From contig MTSL01000056.1 in NCBI GenBank assembly GCA_002794465.1, positions 1 through 5,239 of the forward strand: a stretch of DNA of 5,239 bases, read 5' to 3'. This stretch comes from Paramicrosporidium saccamoebae KSL3 (lineage: Eukaryota; Fungi; Cryptomycota). Position 1 is the stretch's first letter. Each line of letters begins with the position of its first letter. The notes under the pieces are model-generated. The model ran no database searches and was not told the DNA's origin. It was given only the letters and a program-made list of their open reading frames with translations. Made by a program: the position numbers and the translations under genes. This document shows positions 3,626 through 5,239 of the stretch, piece by piece.

Positions 3626-5239
3626 TTACACTACTATTAAGCAAAGCATGACAAAGAGGGGAATGCATAATAGTGCCAATGGATTCGGGCCAGCCAACGC
3701 AAAGGACGCTTGTTTCTGAACAGGCACGCAGTGCTGCTCATAATCTGCCTTGGCAGCTCCCTTCAATTTTTTTATGTGTGCTTTCTGAATACCGACACAC
3801 GGGTGCATCTTGATAGAATCGGGCCATGTCCGTCCCAAATCTCCAAAATGCCGAAACTCTCCAAAGTAATCAGAAGGCAAAGCCTCCACTTGCAATTTCC
3901 CAATGTTGTGTCGCCAGGCATCGACCGAGATTTGCTGGAACTGCGGGTAGGAAAGCTCGGAAAAATTCTCGACTCGGATGAGGCCAAGACATTCTCCCGA
4001 AAGCTTGGCGATGGGCAGGGAGGGTATTTGGGTAGTCGTAAAGCCCGAGCAGGTAGACCCATTCACACCAACAGAAAACTGCTCCCACTGCTTATCTGTG
4101 ATGGCAGCAATTGCTTTGGTGGATAGAGCGGTAGCTTGCCGACTCTGGAGTTTCTTAAATGCATGGCTGGGGAACAACTCGATCTGGGCGGGAGTCCAAG
4201 ACTGGACCACTGATGGATTTAATTGGGAGTAGCACTCTGCTGACAGTAGTGTCAACTGTGCATAATCCAACTCGGAGAAGGACTTTGCTGTATGATTTGC
4301 ACAACTCTGACCATGCAGAATCTTGCTCTTTTGGTGCTCAACTTGAACATCGAGCCGGTGTTTTTGCTCGAGATCCAACTTTCCGTAGGCCGAGCTGGGT
4401 ATCAGGGACACTTCATGTTTGGTCAGCTTGTCAAAATGAGGAAGAGCCGAAAAACATTCAGCACTCATTCCCCGCCAGAACTCGTTCGCCTTATTTCTTC
4501 CAGTGTGCACCTCAATGTCCTGCCATTGCAGAGAGGCACAGGGATGGACGCCACCCCGAACATTTGCCGAGAGCTGCCGCCACTGTTGGAAACTCAGCAA
4601 ATCGCCATACTGTCCAATCCAGGAGCTCTTTCCGAGTTGGACGTCGGTAAATTCGGCAAGCGCATCCTCCCTAAGCTTCATTCCGTTACGCAGTCCTTCT
4701 ATAAATGTTGCAACTGGTATCGCCGCTAAAAGATTAGGCCTCAGTAAAACAGATGCGCCGCTTTGTGCAATTGCAAGCATCTGATCAGGCAGCATTTGCT
4801 GCACCGCCTCAGTTTTTAAATGCGTCATCTGCCTATCACTAATGCCAAGCAATGCATCAGCAGGGATCATTGAAAATCGCTCCGGGGTGATTACGTGTTC
4901 CAGAATCTCATCGTGCATTTTCCTGATGGCACCCTGCGGCATATCCTCATAGCTTTTCGGATCCAACAATCCAAAGCACTGTGGGGGCATTTTTGGATAA
5001 GAAGTAACCGTTTGCTGGCCAATCTGGCCCCATGAAACGTAGACGCTGCGGCATGGATGGACTATCTCGTCATCCACGGCCGTACCAAATACTTCCATCT
5101 GACGCGGTGACATTTTCTCCAATATTGAAGCCATCACCTCATCGTTACCTTCTTTATCTCGCGAAGAGGCAGTAATTTTCTTGAATATTTCAGGCTTTAA
5201 CCGCCCCATCCCATCGCGTGAGATGCCCATCAGGGATAC
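3626..5239 (-). CDS. Probable GPI-anchored surface protein with 8-residue helical repeats and paired cysteines, 5'-partial (>537 aa)
   Basis: The frame is open to the window edge (V-S-L precede the Met at 5230) and there is no signal peptide at that Met, so the true start is probably upstream. Octad periodicity, five Cys pairs, sequons NHT, NGS and NFS, and a C-terminal small residue-spacer-hydrophobic tail (QASFALAGPNPLALLCIPLFVMLCLIVV*) ending at TAA 3628-3626. Confidence 0.85.
   Translation of the reverse strand, partial: VSLMGISRDGMGRLKPEIFKKITASSRDKEGNDEVMASILEKMSPRQMEVFGTAVDDEIVHPCRSVYVSWGQIGQQTVTSYPKMPPQCFGLLDPKSYEDMPQGAIRKMHDEILEHVITPERFSMIPADALLGISDRQMTHLKTEAVQQMLPDQMLAIAQSGASVLLRPNLLAAIPVATFIEGLRNGMKLREDALAEFTDVQLGKSSWIGQYGDLLSFQQWRQLSANVRGGVHPCASLQWQDIEVHTGRNKANEFWRGMSAECFSALPHFDKLTKHEVSLIPSSAYGKLDLEQKHRLDVQVEHQKSKILHGQSCANHTAKSFSELDYAQLTLLSAECYSQLNPSVVQSWTPAQIELFPSHAFKKLQSRQATALSTKAIAAITDKQWEQFSVGVNGSTCSGFTTTQIPSLPIAKLSGECLGLIRVENFSELSYPQFQQISVDAWRHNIGKLQVEALPSDYFGEFRHFGDLGRTWPDSIKMHPCVGIQKAHIKKLKGAAKADYEQHCVPVQKQASFALAGPNPLALLCIPLFVMLCLIVV
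3629..3709 (-). other. Predicted GPI-attachment signal (omega site near A508/S509 of the 534-aa ORF)
   Basis: Small residues A-S, a spacer of about 8-9 aa, then 17 uncharged, largely hydrophobic residues reaching the stop with no cytosolic tail. Confidence 0.65.

Noticed and set aside
3522-4784. Small ORFs overlapping gene 3 on both strands
   Set aside because: They are nested in a long ORF with coherent repeat structure and have no independent support.
5228-5230. Met at 5230 as the start of gene 3
   Set aside because: The frame is open to the window edge and no signal peptide follows this Met, although a GPI-type tail would require one. It is probably an internal Met.

Overview
Eukaryotic genomic DNA with no introns evident, probably from a compact-genome fungus or fungus-like protist; the lineage is inferred, not proven. 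It carries three head-to-tail genes on the minus strand with short intergenic gaps (428 and 285 bp). (1) 1931-><1: a secreted Thr/Pro/Ser-rich mucin-like protein of >643 aa with a signal peptide and about 13 degenerate repeat units. The supplied ORF track misses it because it has no stop inside the window; the Val-rich plus-strand ORFs are its antisense shadow. (2) 3340->2360: a fungal/plant-type low-molecular-weight NADPH thioredoxin reductase (TRR1). (3) >5239->3626: the C-terminal part of a probable GPI-anchored surface protein built from 8-residue helical repeats punctuated by five Cys pairs. The most notable observations are a cryptic in-frame, ATG-less, mitochondrial-presequence-like extension of TRR1 (CTG in strong context, behind an in-frame uORF and a TATA box), the octad/Cys-pair architecture of gene 3, the hidden mucin gene, and several repeated motifs in the intergenic regions.
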